From an uncultured Actinomycetes bacterium (lineage in GTDB: Bacteria; Actinomycetota; Coriobacteriia; Anaerosomatales; PHET01): a stretch of DNA of 64,000 nt. The notes beneath the pieces were generated by a model that did not search any database, had not been told where the DNA came from, and worked only from the letters and a program-made list of their open reading frames with translations. The stretch covers positions 89,960-153,959 of the forward strand of contig CAMTUW010000007.1 of the NCBI GenBank assembly GCA_947085035.1, in the 5' to 3' direction. This document shows positions 26,713 through 35,668 of the stretch, piece after piece (the stretch's first letter is position 1; every line of letters starts with the position of its first letter). Position numbers and translations under genes: made by a program.

Positions 26713-27932
26713 GAACGCTCCTCGTCTTCGCTGGCATTATCGTCGGGCTTGTCGGTCACGGGACGCTCGGGGGCCTCATTCGGTTCAGGGCACGGCTCGG
26801 CGTCCTCGCACCCTGTCTTTCGAAACAGTGCTCCGTCCTCGGTCGCTAGCTCTGAGGCGGTGTGCTTCTCGAAGTAGTATACGAACACCGCGTTGAGCGC
26901 GCCTGCCACAGGAACGGCCAAGAGCATCCCGAAAAGACCCCCGACGCTGGCACCGACGAGCAACGAGAGTACCACCAACACCGGGTGCATGTTGACCTGA
27001 TCGGACATGACCCGTGGCTGCAGGAAGATCGATTCGAGCTGCTGGAGCACCACGATGTAGATGATGGTGTAGAGCACGAGAGTGGGACTCACGAACGCCG
27101 CCGAGATCGCCGCGATAAGTCCTCCGACAATCGGACCGAGATACGGGATGAGATTCGATACCCCGGCGATGATGCCTATGACGAGTGCATACGGAACACC
27201 GAGTATCGCGAGCCCGAGCCCCGTGAGCGTACCGACGATCACCGCGATCAGGGTCTGCCCACGAATCCATCCCTCGACGACGAGCGTCACGCGCTCGAAC
27301 ACCTCGAGGAGGTCCGCCCGGCGGCGCACCCCCCCAAGCAGCAACATCTCACTCTTCAGAACCGGCAGATCTCTCAGGACGAAGAAGGCCAAGGCGAGCG
27401 ACAGGAACAGGTTCAGCACCACAGTGAACACCTGTCCGCCCGCAAACACCACGCCGCTCGCGAGCGTTCGCGACCACGTGGCCGCCTGGCGCGCGAGGTC
27501 GTCACGCGACACGTGAATCGCGTCATCGAGCCACGTCGGCACCTCAAGCGTGGTGTACTGGCCCTGAAGCTGGAACCACAGGTCACGCGCCGCGAGGAAG
27601 TGCCTGGGGAAGTCGCCGAGGAACTGGCCGATCTGCTTGACGAGTGGGGGCATGACCACCACGCCCACGAACGACAGGACCGACAGCATCACGAGATAGC
27701 ACACCCCGACAGCCCAGCCGCGCGACAGGCCGCGCCTGGTCAGGTTGGCGACGGGACGCCTGAGCAAGAAGACGACGAGTCCCGCGAAGACGAACGGCGT
27801 GAGCACCCCCGCGAAACGCGAGAGGAGCCACAGTCCCGCGACGACCAGCGCCGCGAGCCCGATGAGGGTCCACGTCTTCAGAAAGCGCGTTCGCCAGCGG
27901 TCAGGCGAAGTGACAACGTTCGGTGCGTCCAT
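26709..27932 (-). CDS. AI-2E family transporter (PerM/UPF0118)
   Basis: 407 aa polytopic membrane protein with 'IPYLGPIVGG' and 'GLFGMLLAVPVAG', which are typical of AI-2E/PerM proteins. It has an acidic C-terminal tail. Confidence 0.85.
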   Translation of the reverse strand: MDAPNVVTSPDRWRTRFLKTWTLIGLAALVVAGLWLLSRFAGVLTPFVFAGLVVFLLRRPVANLTRRGLSRGWAVGVCYLVMLSVLSFVGVVVMPPLVKQIGQFLGDFPRHFLAARDLWFQLQGQYTTLEVPTWLDDAIHVSRDDLARQAATWSRTLASGVVFAGGQVFTVVLNLFLSLALAFFVLRDLPVLKSEMLLLGGVRRRADLLEVFERVTLVVEGWIRGQTLIAVIVGTLTGLGLAILGVPYALVIGIIAGVSNLIPYLGPIVGGLIAAISAAFVSPTLVLYTIIYIVVLQQLESIFLQPRVMSDQVNMHPVLVVLSLLVGASVGGLFGMLLAVPVAGALNAVFVYYFEKHTASELATEDGALFRKTGCEDAEPCPEPNEAPERPVTDKPDDNASEDEERS

Positions 27933-27939
27933 GAACTCC

Positions 27940-28725
27940 TCAGTCCCTTGAGATGTTCTCTCTCAACAGCCTCAACGTACGCCTGAGCAGCCGCGAGACC
28001 TGCATCTGCGAGATACCCAGCTGTCGCGCGATTTCGGTCTGAGTGAGCCCCTCGAAGAAGCGCAGGTACAGCACACGCTGCTCTTGGGCCGTCAGCTCCT
28101 TGAAGGCCACCTGAAGCGTGGTCCGATCGTCGATCACGGCCATGAGGGCGTCGTCTTTGCCGATGTACTCGAGAATCGAGAACGTAGTCGACCCGTCGCC
28201 GCCACGGTCACTCTCGAGCGAGACGAAATTGTACGCCTCGCTCGTCTCCATGGCCTCGAGAACCTCTTCGGGCGTCACTTCGAGATGACCGGCGATCTCA
28301 CGGATCGACGGAGAACGCTGCAGCTCCTGAGTCAGTGCGTCGACGGCCTGATTGACCTTGAAGGAGAGCTCCTGCAGACGCCGGGGAACCTTGATCGCCC
28401 AACCTTTGTCCCGGAAGTAGCGCTTGAGCTCACCCACGATCGTCGGGGTGGCGTACGTGGTGAATTCGACCTGTCGTTCGATGTCGAAACGGTCGACCGC
28501 CTTGATGAGTCCGATCGTTCCGACCTGCACGAGATCGTCGACCGGCTCTCCACGATTCCTGAAACGGCTGGCGAGGTACTTGACGAGGTTCAGGTACATG
28601 GTGATCAGCTCGTCGCGCGCGTCCTCGTCGCCCTCCAGACGATAGCGCCGAAACAGCACTTTCGTGTAGCGCTTGTCCCAGGAGAGTCTGCGCGACTGCT
28701 TCTCTGGTCGGCGACTAGTCAACAT
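27940..28725 (-). CDS. Group 3 RNA polymerase sigma factor (SigB/SigF/SigG type)
   Basis: Region 2 'DLVQVGTIGLIKAVDRFD...FTTYATPTIVGELKRYFRD' and region 4 'GLTQTEIARQLGISQMQVSRL'. The ATG at 28725 overlaps the anti-sigma stop by 11 nt. The ORF track extends to 29010. Confidence 0.9.
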   Translation of the reverse strand: MLTSRRPEKQSRRLSWDKRYTKVLFRRYRLEGDEDARDELITMYLNLVKYLASRFRNRGEPVDDLVQVGTIGLIKAVDRFDIERQVEFTTYATPTIVGELKRYFRDKGWAIKVPRRLQELSFKVNQAVDALTQELQRSPSIREIAGHLEVTPEEVLEAMETSEAYNFVSLESDRGGDGSTTFSILEYIGKDDALMAVIDDRTTLQVAFKELTAQEQRVLYLRFFEGLTQTEIARQLGISQMQVSRLLRRTLRLLRENISRD

Positions 28726-29113
28726 CGACGCTCCCACGTCGCGTGACGAGCCGAAGCGCTCGCCCACCGCTCTCGTCGCTGACGAACTCGTGACTCTCGC
28801 ACACCGCATCGAGAATGAACGCCGCGAACCCGGCGCGACGCTCGGCCTCCTCATCGGAGTCCTGCTCGCACTTCCCGACATGCGTGACGATCTCCAGCGT
28901 CTCGTCATCGGCCTTGAACACCAAGGTGACCTCGGATTCGGGTGACAGCGAATCAACCGCGTAGATGAACGCCTCGTCAACCGCCATGCGCACGTCGTCG
29001 ACGCCTTCATACGACATGCCCGCGCGAGTAGCGAGCGCTGCCGCGGTCATGCGTACGGTCTTGGCGTATTCGCTCTTGGCGGGAACCGTCAGGGTGATGC
29101 GATCCTGAAGCAT
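28715..29113 (-). CDS. Short RsbW/UsfX-like anti-sigma factor (GHKL-like fold, ATP-binding motifs apparently degenerate)
   Basis: 132 aa located immediately upstream of, and overlapping, the sigma gene. The opening 'ITLTVPAKSEYAKTVRMTAAAL' matches the start of anti-sigma kinases. The N-box position reads 'DEAFIYAVD' (Tyr where Asn is expected), and I see no DxGxG. Confidence 0.6.
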   Translation of the reverse strand: MLQDRITLTVPAKSEYAKTVRMTAAALATRAGMSYEGVDDVRMAVDEAFIYAVDSLSPESEVTLVFKADDETLEIVTHVGKCEQDSDEEAERRAGFAAFILDAVCESHEFVSDESGGRALRLVTRRGSVDVD

Positions 29114-29154
29114 TGAGGAACCTCCGCTGAATGATGGAGCCGGTCACGAACTCA

Positions 29155-29553
29155 TTAGTCAGATCGTGGAGTCGGATGGTCGCGAAGCGGACTCTGCGCG
29201 TGGACTCTTGCCCTGTCCTTCCACGCTTGCCGTACCCGTAGCGCCATGTCGTTGACGATCCCTGCGGGCGCCGCGACGATGTCATGGATGGTCCCGGATG
29301 CCGAGGTGACCTTGTCCGACGCCTCTTCGAACCGGGAGATGAGAGCGTCGATACGCAACAGCTCCATGTTGATGGCGTCGACGGTGACGTCGGCCTTGTC
29401 GAGAAGCGGAATGAGCCGCTCGCGCGAGTCCTCAGACAGCGAACGCACCGAGCGAAGCGTGAGTACCGCCTCGCGAAGAGCCCACACCACCACACCGCAC
29501 ACGACACAAGCCGCCGCGAGCAGCACCACGAGCATCACCTGAGCGACGTCCAA
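29155..29553 (-). CDS. DUF948-like membrane-anchored coiled-coil protein
   Basis: 132 aa with an N-terminal TM 'VMLVVLLAAACVVCGVVVWAL' followed by a helical region, a pattern that resembles DUF948 stress proteins. Confidence 0.55.
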   Translation of the reverse strand: MDVAQVMLVVLLAAACVVCGVVVWALREAVLTLRSVRSLSEDSRERLIPLLDKADVTVDAINMELLRIDALISRFEEASDKVTSASGTIHDIVAAPAGIVNDMALRVRQAWKDRARVHAQSPLRDHPTPRSD

Positions 29554-29605
29554 AGTTGGCCTCCCAAGGCCGTGCGAGCTGCTATGAGTGTAGCAGAGGG
29601 CGGCG

Positions 29606-30964
29606 TCACGACCCCACGTCTGTGGCGTCCGTCTCGCTCAGCTCGGCCCCCGTGACCGCCCGGCGACGCAGCTCCTCGATCAGCTCGTGTCGCGCCGCTT
29701 CCCATCCGCGATCTGACGGCCGGAAGAAGCGGCGAGCGGCCAACCCGTCCGGGAGATACTGCTGGGCGACCCAGCCGCTGCTGTCTGAATGTGGATACCG
29801 GTAGGGACCGTACTCATCGGCGCCGGGTCGATGTCGATCGCGCAGGCGCGAGGGCACCTGCCTTGCAGGCCCCTTCCTGATCTCTTGGAGTGCGTCATCG
29901 ATGGCGCGATACGCCGCGTTGCTCTTGGGTGCGAGACTCAGGTAGATCGCCGCTTGCGAGAGATTGATGCGGCACTCGGGCCAGCCGATCGATTCGGCCG
30001 CCTTGAACGCGGCATGCGCGACCAGCAGCGCCTGGGGATCGGCGTTTCCCACATCCTCGGATGCGAAGATGAGCATCCGCCTTGCGATGAACCGGGGATC
30101 CTCTCCTCCGTGGATCATCCGCGCCAACCAGTAGACCGCGGCGTCGGCGTCGCTTCCTCGCATGGATTTGATGAATGCGCTCGCGACGTCGTAGTGCACG
30201 TCGCCCGCCCGGTCGTAGGGCAGGATGCGGGACCCGGAGACCTCGGTCACGGCGCCGATGGTCAACCTGCGGGAGCCATCGGCTGCGCGCTCCGCGCACT
30301 CGGCCGCGAGCTCGAGTGTCGTGAGCGCGACCCTCGCGTCGCCGCCGGCCGTGACGACGATCATCTGCTCGGCGTCTGCATCGACGCTCACCGAGTCGGC
30401 GAGACCCCGCTTGTCGCTCACGGCTCTGCGCACGATCAGTGAGACGTCCTCGTCATTCAAGGGGGCGAGCTCGATCACGCGAGAGCGACTCACCAGCGGT
30501 GGGTTCACCTCGAAAAAGGGGTTCTCGGTCGTGGCGCCGATCAGCACCACGACGCGATCTTCCACGGCGTGAAGCAGGGCGTCTTGCTGGGATTTCGAAA
30601 AGCGATGGATCTCATCGATGAACAGGATCGTGCGTCGGCCCGAGAAGGTGAGCCGGTCGGTTGCACCCTCGATGGACCGCCTCAGATCGGCGACCCCGGA
30701 CGTGACCGCCGAGATCTCATCGAAATGCGTCTGCGTCACTCCGGCGATGATTCTGGCCAGACTCGTCTTACCGGTCCCGGCCGGCCCGTACAAGATGATG
30801 GACGAGAGCGCATCGGCCTCGATCGCCCGCCGCAGCCACGTGCCCTCCCCGACAGCGGCGTCCTGACCGACGAACTCGTCGAGTGTCTTGGGTCGCATCC
30901 GCGCGGCGAGAGGCGCGGCTTTCTCGCGAGCGGCCCTGCCCTCGCTGTCGAAGAGCGATTCCAC
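29606..30964 (-). CDS. rarA: Replication-associated recombination protein A (AAA+ ATPase)
   Basis: 'MRPKTLDEFVGQ', Walker A 'GPAGTGKTS', '[18 protein letters not shown]' and the C-terminal MgsA domain 'HYD..SA.IKS.RGSD.DAA.YWLARM'. The start is GTG. Confidence 0.92.
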   Translation of the reverse strand: MESLFDSEGRAAREKAAPLAARMRPKTLDEFVGQDAAVGEGTWLRRAIEADALSSIILYGPAGTGKTSLARIIAGVTQTHFDEISAVTSGVADLRRSIEGATDRLTFSGRRTILFIDEIHRFSKSQQDALLHAVEDRVVVLIGATTENPFFEVNPPLVSRSRVIELAPLNDEDVSLIVRRAVSDKRGLADSVSVDADAEQMIVVTAGGDARVALTTLELAAECAERAADGSRRLTIGAVTEVSGSRILPYDRAGDVHYDVASAFIKSMRGSDADAAVYWLARMIHGGEDPRFIARRMLIFASEDVGNADPQALLVAHAAFKAAESIGWPECRINLSQAAIYLSLAPKSNAAYRAIDDALQEIRKGPARQVPSRLRDRHRPGADEYGPYRYPHSDSSGWVAQQYLPDGLAARRFFRPSDRGWEAARHELIEELRRRAVTGAELSETDATDVGS

Positions 30965-30971
30965 GGGCGCC

Positions 30972-31568
30972 TTACTCCGTCAGCCGCTCCATGTGCATCT
31001 TGAGGAACGCGGCGTCGGTGGGCCCACTGTGCCGAAAGACGATGAAGCCCTGGTCGTCAGTCATGATGATGTAGGGAGTCGTCTTGACTGCGAGGTCCCG
31101 GGCCAGGTTCACGGCGATCCTGCCCTCCTTGTCCTTCCCGAGACGCGCTTCATCGACGACGGCGGTACCTTTCGCATCGACGGTGGTGTACTTGCCGATG
31201 TCGTAGACGTAGAGGTTGACCAGGCCGCGGTTGGCCGCCATCGCCTTGTCAACTGCCGCGCGAACCTCATTCGTGACCTTCTGAGATCCGTCAACGAACA
31301 GTAGAAGTGTGGGCTGACGAGACTTGAGGTCTTCGGCCAGCGTTGCCGGGAGCTCGACTTGCTCAGGGAACGGCTCGAATGTGACCGCCGGTGCCGGGTC
31401 AGACGGATCGACCTGCTCGCTCGCTTCCGTCGAGCCTTCAACCGCACCTGGGTCAGTGGCGGGAGCGCCGTCAGTGGGCGCGGCAGCCGGATCATCGCCG
31501 CCTCCGCCACAGCCAACCACGGAGAACGCCAACATGAGAACGATGAGTGCCACGGTCAATCTGCGCAT
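30972..31568 (-). CDS. Lipoprotein, thioredoxin-fold-like but without CxxC
   Basis: The lipobox 'AFSVVGC' follows 'MRRLTVALIVLML'. The ATG at 31568 is preceded by GGAGG. Only the last 198 aa of the 445-aa ORF 30972..32309 are credible, because the rest overlaps aspS. Confidence 0.6.
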   Translation of the reverse strand: MRRLTVALIVLMLAFSVVGCGGGGDDPAAAPTDGAPATDPGAVEGSTEASEQVDPSDPAPAVTFEPFPEQVELPATLAEDLKSRQPTLLLFVDGSQKVTNEVRAAVDKAMAANRGLVNLYVYDIGKYTTVDAKGTAVVDEARLGKDKEGRIAVNLARDLAVKTTPYIIMTDDQGFIVFRHSGPTDAAFLKMHMERLTE

Positions 31569-31834
31569 GTTGCCTCCACGATAGTCTCGTGCGCTCCGCC
31601 CTGCCGCGACCCGGCTGGGTGAACCTGCCTCAGCAGGTGGGTGCCCGCACCGCGGGTTCCAGCTTCCCGTTTGACGGGGATCCCTGTCCGCCGCGAAATG
31701 TGAGGCTCCCGGTGAAGAAGTGTTGGTTCGACCGTATGTGCCGGGCCACGCGCAAGGCGAAGCCTGTGGCAAGTGTAGCGCCTCACGCCTCCAAAACGCC
31801 AGCGAAATCAGGCCGAACGGATGGGCGAGCGTCC

Positions 31835-33604
31835 CTACTCGACCCGGAGATGCACGTCTCGCAGCTGGCGCGGACTGACTTCGCTGGGAGCCGCCGTGAG
31901 GGGGTCGGAACCAGAGGTCGTCTTGGGAAATGCGATGACGTCGCGGATCGACTGGGCACCACAGAGCAGCATGACGAGACGATCGAGGCCCAGCGCGATT
32001 CCTCCGTGGGGCGGAGCCCCGAATGCGAGAGCGTCGAGCAGGAAGCCGAACTGGGTGCGCGCCTCCTCCTCGGACAAGCCGATCGCCTTGAGCGCACGGA
32101 GCTGAAGTGCGGGATCGTGCATGCGCAGCGTGCCACCACCGATCTCGTAGCCGTCCATCACAAGATCGTACGCATAGCTGAGCACTGAAGCGGGGTCGCT
32201 CTCGATCAGGTCGAGATGCTCGTCGAACGGGCGAGTGAACGGGTGATGGTTCGCAGCGAAGCGCCCTTCCTCGGCGTCGTACCGAAACATCGGGAAGTCG
32301 ACGACCCACAGCAGCTCGTGGCCCGCGCGCTCGACGTCAAGATCGTTGGCGAGGCGAAGGCGCAGGGTGCCGAGAACCTCGTTTGCCACGGAGCGCTCAT
32401 CAGCGACCATGCACACGAGGTCGCCGGGGGCGACATCCAGAGATGCGCGAAGGGCTGCGGCTTCCTGTTCGGTGAAGAACTTGGCGATGGGGCTCTTGAC
32501 CTCGCCCGCAGAGTTGTAAGCGACCCAGGCGAGACCCTTGGCGCCGGAATCGAGTGCGAGCTGGTTCAGCGCGTCGATGCGTCCGCGGCTCCAGTCCCCC
32601 GCCCCCTTGGCGTTGAGAGCTTTGATCGCGCCCCCGCCTGCAAGCGCGGAAGCGAAGACCTTGAACTCCGAGTTCGCGAAGACGCTGCTCACATCGGTGA
32701 GCTCAAGGCCGAACCGCGTGTCCGGACGATCGGACCCGTAGCGCTCCATGCTCTCGGCATACGTCAGGCGACGCAGCGGCATCGCCACGTCGACGCCTGC
32801 CTCGCGAAGGACGTCTCGCATGACGTCTTCCATCAACTGGAGCACATCATCCATCTCCACGAAACTCATCTCGACATCCACTTGCGTGAACTCAAGCTGG
32901 CGATCGGCTCTCAGGTCCTCGTCTCGGAAGCAACGGGCGATCTGGTAGTAGCGCTCGATCCCGCCAACCATCAACAACTGCTTGTACAGCTGCGGCGACT
33001 GAGGCAGCGCGTAGAACCGGCCAGCGTTCAGTCGGCTGGGCACGATGAAGTCGCGAGCACCCTCAGGCGTCGAGCGCCCGAGGATCGGCGTCTCCACCTC
33101 CATGAATCCGCGCTGCTCGAGTGACTTGCGGAAACGCTGGGTCACCTTGTCGCGCAACGTCAGAGCGGCAAGAACCTCCGGTCGGCGAATGTCGAGGTAG
33201 CGCCACTTGAGCCTCGTGATCTCGTCGGTCTCGATCCCGGGCTCTATCTCGAACGGCGGCGTCTCAGAGCGGTTGAGCACCGATGCGGCCGTGATGACGA
33301 TCTCGATTGCGCCGGTGGGCATGTTCGGATTGCGCGTGCCCTCAGGGCGCTCACGAACCGTGCCGTCGAGAAGAACGACCCATTCAGGGCGAACCGTCTC
33401 GGCGGTTATGAACGCGGCACCGGCGACCTCGGGATCGAAGACGCACTGAACGATTCCCGTGCGATCACGCAGGTCCACGAAGATGAGTCCGCCATGATCA
33501 CGGCGCTTCCCCACCCAGCCGGCGAGACGAACCGTCTCCCCGACGACAGCCTCGCCAAGTGATCCGCACGTGTGCGACCTCATCGAATACCGTCCGTCAA
33601 GCAT
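31835..33604 (-). CDS. aspS: Aspartate--tRNA ligase
   Basis: 589 aa with 'RSHTCGSL', an OB-fold N-terminus, class II motifs '[17 protein letters not shown]' and 'GGGTLRMHD'. An alternative ATG lies at 33583. Confidence 0.96.
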   Translation of the reverse strand: MLDGRYSMRSHTCGSLGEAVVGETVRLAGWVGKRRDHGGLIFVDLRDRTGIVQCVFDPEVAGAAFITAETVRPEWVVLLDGTVRERPEGTRNPNMPTGAIEIVITAASVLNRSETPPFEIEPGIETDEITRLKWRYLDIRRPEVLAALTLRDKVTQRFRKSLEQRGFMEVETPILGRSTPEGARDFIVPSRLNAGRFYALPQSPQLYKQLLMVGGIERYYQIARCFRDEDLRADRQLEFTQVDVEMSFVEMDDVLQLMEDVMRDVLREAGVDVAMPLRRLTYAESMERYGSDRPDTRFGLELTDVSSVFANSEFKVFASALAGGGAIKALNAKGAGDWSRGRIDALNQLALDSGAKGLAWVAYNSAGEVKSPIAKFFTEQEAAALRASLDVAPGDLVCMVADERSVANEVLGTLRLRLANDLDVERAGHELLWVVDFPMFRYDAEEGRFAANHHPFTRPFDEHLDLIESDPASVLSYAYDLVMDGYEIGGGTLRMHDPALQLRALKAIGLSEEEARTQFGFLLDALAFGAPPHGGIALGLDRLVMLLCGAQSIRDVIAFPKTTSGSDPLTAAPSEVSPRQLRDVHLRVE

Positions 33605-34895
33605 GAGTACCCTTCTGTCCGGTGAGCGCTCGTCTGACAGCGTCGGCCACCTCGGCTAGCGCGATGCGCGTCTCTTCTTTCGTTCCCATGTCGCGAAGCG
33701 TCACCTGTCCGGCACGGATCTCGTCCGGGCCGACCACCACCACGAAAGACGCACCGAGACGGTCCGCCTCCTTGAACTGCGACTTGAGCGAGCGTCCCCT
33801 GTGATCACAGTCGGCAGCGACCTCTGCGTCGCGCAACGTCGAGACGATGAGGAAGACCTGCTCGCGCGTGGTCGCGTCCACACTGGCGACATAGACCTCA
33901 GCGACGGCGGGCGACGGCACCACCGCGCCACAAGCCCGCATAGCGAGCAAGGTGCGCTCGAAGCCGAGTGCGAAGCCAAGACCCGCCGTGGGAGGTCCGC
34001 CGTACTGCTCCATCAACCGGTCGTAGCGCCCTCCCCCGCCGATGGCGTTTTGTGATCCGAGTCCCGCATCGACCTGCACCTCAAACACCGTGCGCGTGTA
34101 GTAGTCCAGCCCACGCACGAGCTTGGGCTCCTCGACAAAGGGAATCCCAAGCCCGGCGAGAAGCCCTTTGACCTGCGCGTAGTGCTCCGCGCACGGGGTA
34201 CAGAGCTCATCTCTGAGAAGCGGTGCCTGGGCCATCACGGCCCCGCAGCCGGGATTCTTGCAATCGAAAGCGCGCAGCGGGTTGGTGTCCGCCCGGCGGT
34301 TGCACTCCTCGCAGAGCTCGTCTGTGTGCGAGCGGATGAATCCCGCGACCTTCTCGCGATAGGGGGGGCGGCACGCCTCGTCGCCCATCGAGTTGATGAG
34401 CAGGCGCATCTCGGGGACCGGCACGCCCACAGCCTCGAAGAAGCGCCACATGAGAGCGATGACCTCGGCGTCCACGCTGGGCTCCGACATGTTGAGCGCC
34501 TCGGCGCCGATCTGCCAGAACTGGCGCATGCGACCCTTCTGGGGCCGCTCGTAGCGAAACATCGGGCCCGAATAGTAGAGTTTCGCGGCCTGACCGTTGG
34601 CGGTGAGGTTGTGCTGCAGAGACGCGCGTACGACGCTTGCCGTGCCTTCGGGACGCAAGGTGACGGAACGGTCCCCCTTGTCGGTGAAGGTGTACATCTC
34701 CTTGCCTACGATGTCGGTTGCCTCACCGATGCCCCGGCTGAACACCTCCGTGTGCTCAAAGAGCGGCGTGAAGATCGGGGCGTACCCGTAGCGAGCGAAC
34801 AGTGTCGCCGCAGTGCTCAGCATGAACTCCCACGCGCGCGCGTCCTCGGCCATGAGGTCGGCGGTTCCTTTGGGTGCTTGGAAGTTCTGGCTCAC
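33597..34895 (-). CDS. hisS: Histidine--tRNA ligase
   Basis: '[10 protein letters not shown]', '[21 protein letters not shown]' and 'GGGRYD' class IIa motifs. A GTG at 34895 fits the usual N-terminus. The ORF track extends to 34967. Confidence 0.95.
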   Translation of the reverse strand: MSQNFQAPKGTADLMAEDARAWEFMLSTAATLFARYGYAPIFTPLFEHTEVFSRGIGEATDIVGKEMYTFTDKGDRSVTLRPEGTASVVRASLQHNLTANGQAAKLYYSGPMFRYERPQKGRMRQFWQIGAEALNMSEPSVDAEVIALMWRFFEAVGVPVPEMRLLINSMGDEACRPPYREKVAGFIRSHTDELCEECNRRADTNPLRAFDCKNPGCGAVMAQAPLLRDELCTPCAEHYAQVKGLLAGLGIPFVEEPKLVRGLDYYTRTVFEVQVDAGLGSQNAIGGGGRYDRLMEQYGGPPTAGLGFALGFERTLLAMRACGAVVPSPAVAEVYVASVDATTREQVFLIVSTLRDAEVAADCDHRGRSLKSQFKEADRLGASFVVVVGPDEIRAGQVTLRDMGTKEETRIALAEVADAVRRALTGQKGTHA

Positions 34896-35020
34896 GATGC
34901 GGTGCGGCCCTTTCGCGTGGGGACAGTGCAAGCGCACAGTGTAGCGTGAGAGGGTGGCTCGCGCCACGAACCGGATGACACGAATCGGATGATCAAGCCC
35001 TACAAGCGATCTCCCTGTAT

Positions 35021-35668
35021 TCAGGCTCTCGGCCAGAACGGATTCCCGCGCGCCTCGCGTCCGATCGTCGTGTCAGGACCGTGACCGGGATGCACGACCG
35101 TATCCGGCGGCAGTGGCGCGAGCTTCGTGGCTATCGCACGGGAAAGCGCCCGTGAATCGCCGCCCGGAAAATCGCTGCGCCCCACGCTTCCCGCAAACAA
35201 CGTGTCACCGCTGAACAGATGCGAAGCCCCTCCGTCAGGATCCTGTGCGAGAAGCGCGATACCGCCGGGCGTGTGGCCCGGCGTGTGCAGCACCGTGAAC
35301 CGCACTCCGCCTCCCTCGATGATGTCGCCGTCACTCACCAGTCGGTCCGGAGGCAGCGAGACGACGTCTGCGAAGCCGAACGCCGCGCCGCCCGTACCTT
35401 CGGCCCCGTCATGGGCAAGTCGCTTCGCGTCGTCTTCATGGACAACGAGGAGCGCACCGGACCTCGAGACAAGCGCGTCCGCACCGCCGATGTGATCGAA
35501 GTGGGCGTGCGTGAGCACGACCGCCGCCACGTCGCGATCGCCAAGCGCCGCGAACAGTGCGGGCTCGTCAGCACCCGGATCGATGACGACCACCGGTCCA
35601 TCCACCGTCGCCGACACGATCCAGCAGTTGGTCTCGAGCGGGCCTAGGCCCAGCCTTGTGACGTGCAT
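35021..35668 (-). CDS. MBL-fold metallo-hydrolase (glyoxalase II-like)
   Basis: 'VLTHAHFDHIGG' (HxHxDH), 'HTPGHTPG' and 'GDTLF.GS.GR.D' motifs. Confidence 0.85.
   Translation of the reverse strand: MHVTRLGLGPLETNCWIVSATVDGPVVVIDPGADEPALFAALGDRDVAAVVLTHAHFDHIGGADALVSRSGALLVVHEDDAKRLAHDGAEGTGGAAFGFADVVSLPPDRLVSDGDIIEGGGVRFTVLHTPGHTPGGIALLAQDPDGGASHLFSGDTLFAGSVGRSDFPGGDSRALSRAIATKLAPLPPDTVVHPGHGPDTTIGREARGNPFWPRA

Noticed and set aside
26862-27986. 374-aa plus-strand ORF rich in R/E/D/H
   Set aside because: It is antisense to the polytopic AI-2E transporter gene. Its low-complexity charged sequence is not credible coding sequence.
31715-31745. tRNA-like T-loop string GGTTCGACC
   Set aside because: The flanking bases do not form a T-stem or acceptor stem, and no cloverleaf can be drawn. 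I found no tRNA or rRNA anywhere in the window.
30972-32309. 445-aa ORF spanning the lipoprotein gene and part of aspS
   Set aside because: Only the last 198 aa are credible; these begin at ATG 31568 with a GGAGG RBS and a lipobox. The upstream 247 aa are Arg/Pro-rich and overlap aspS in another frame.
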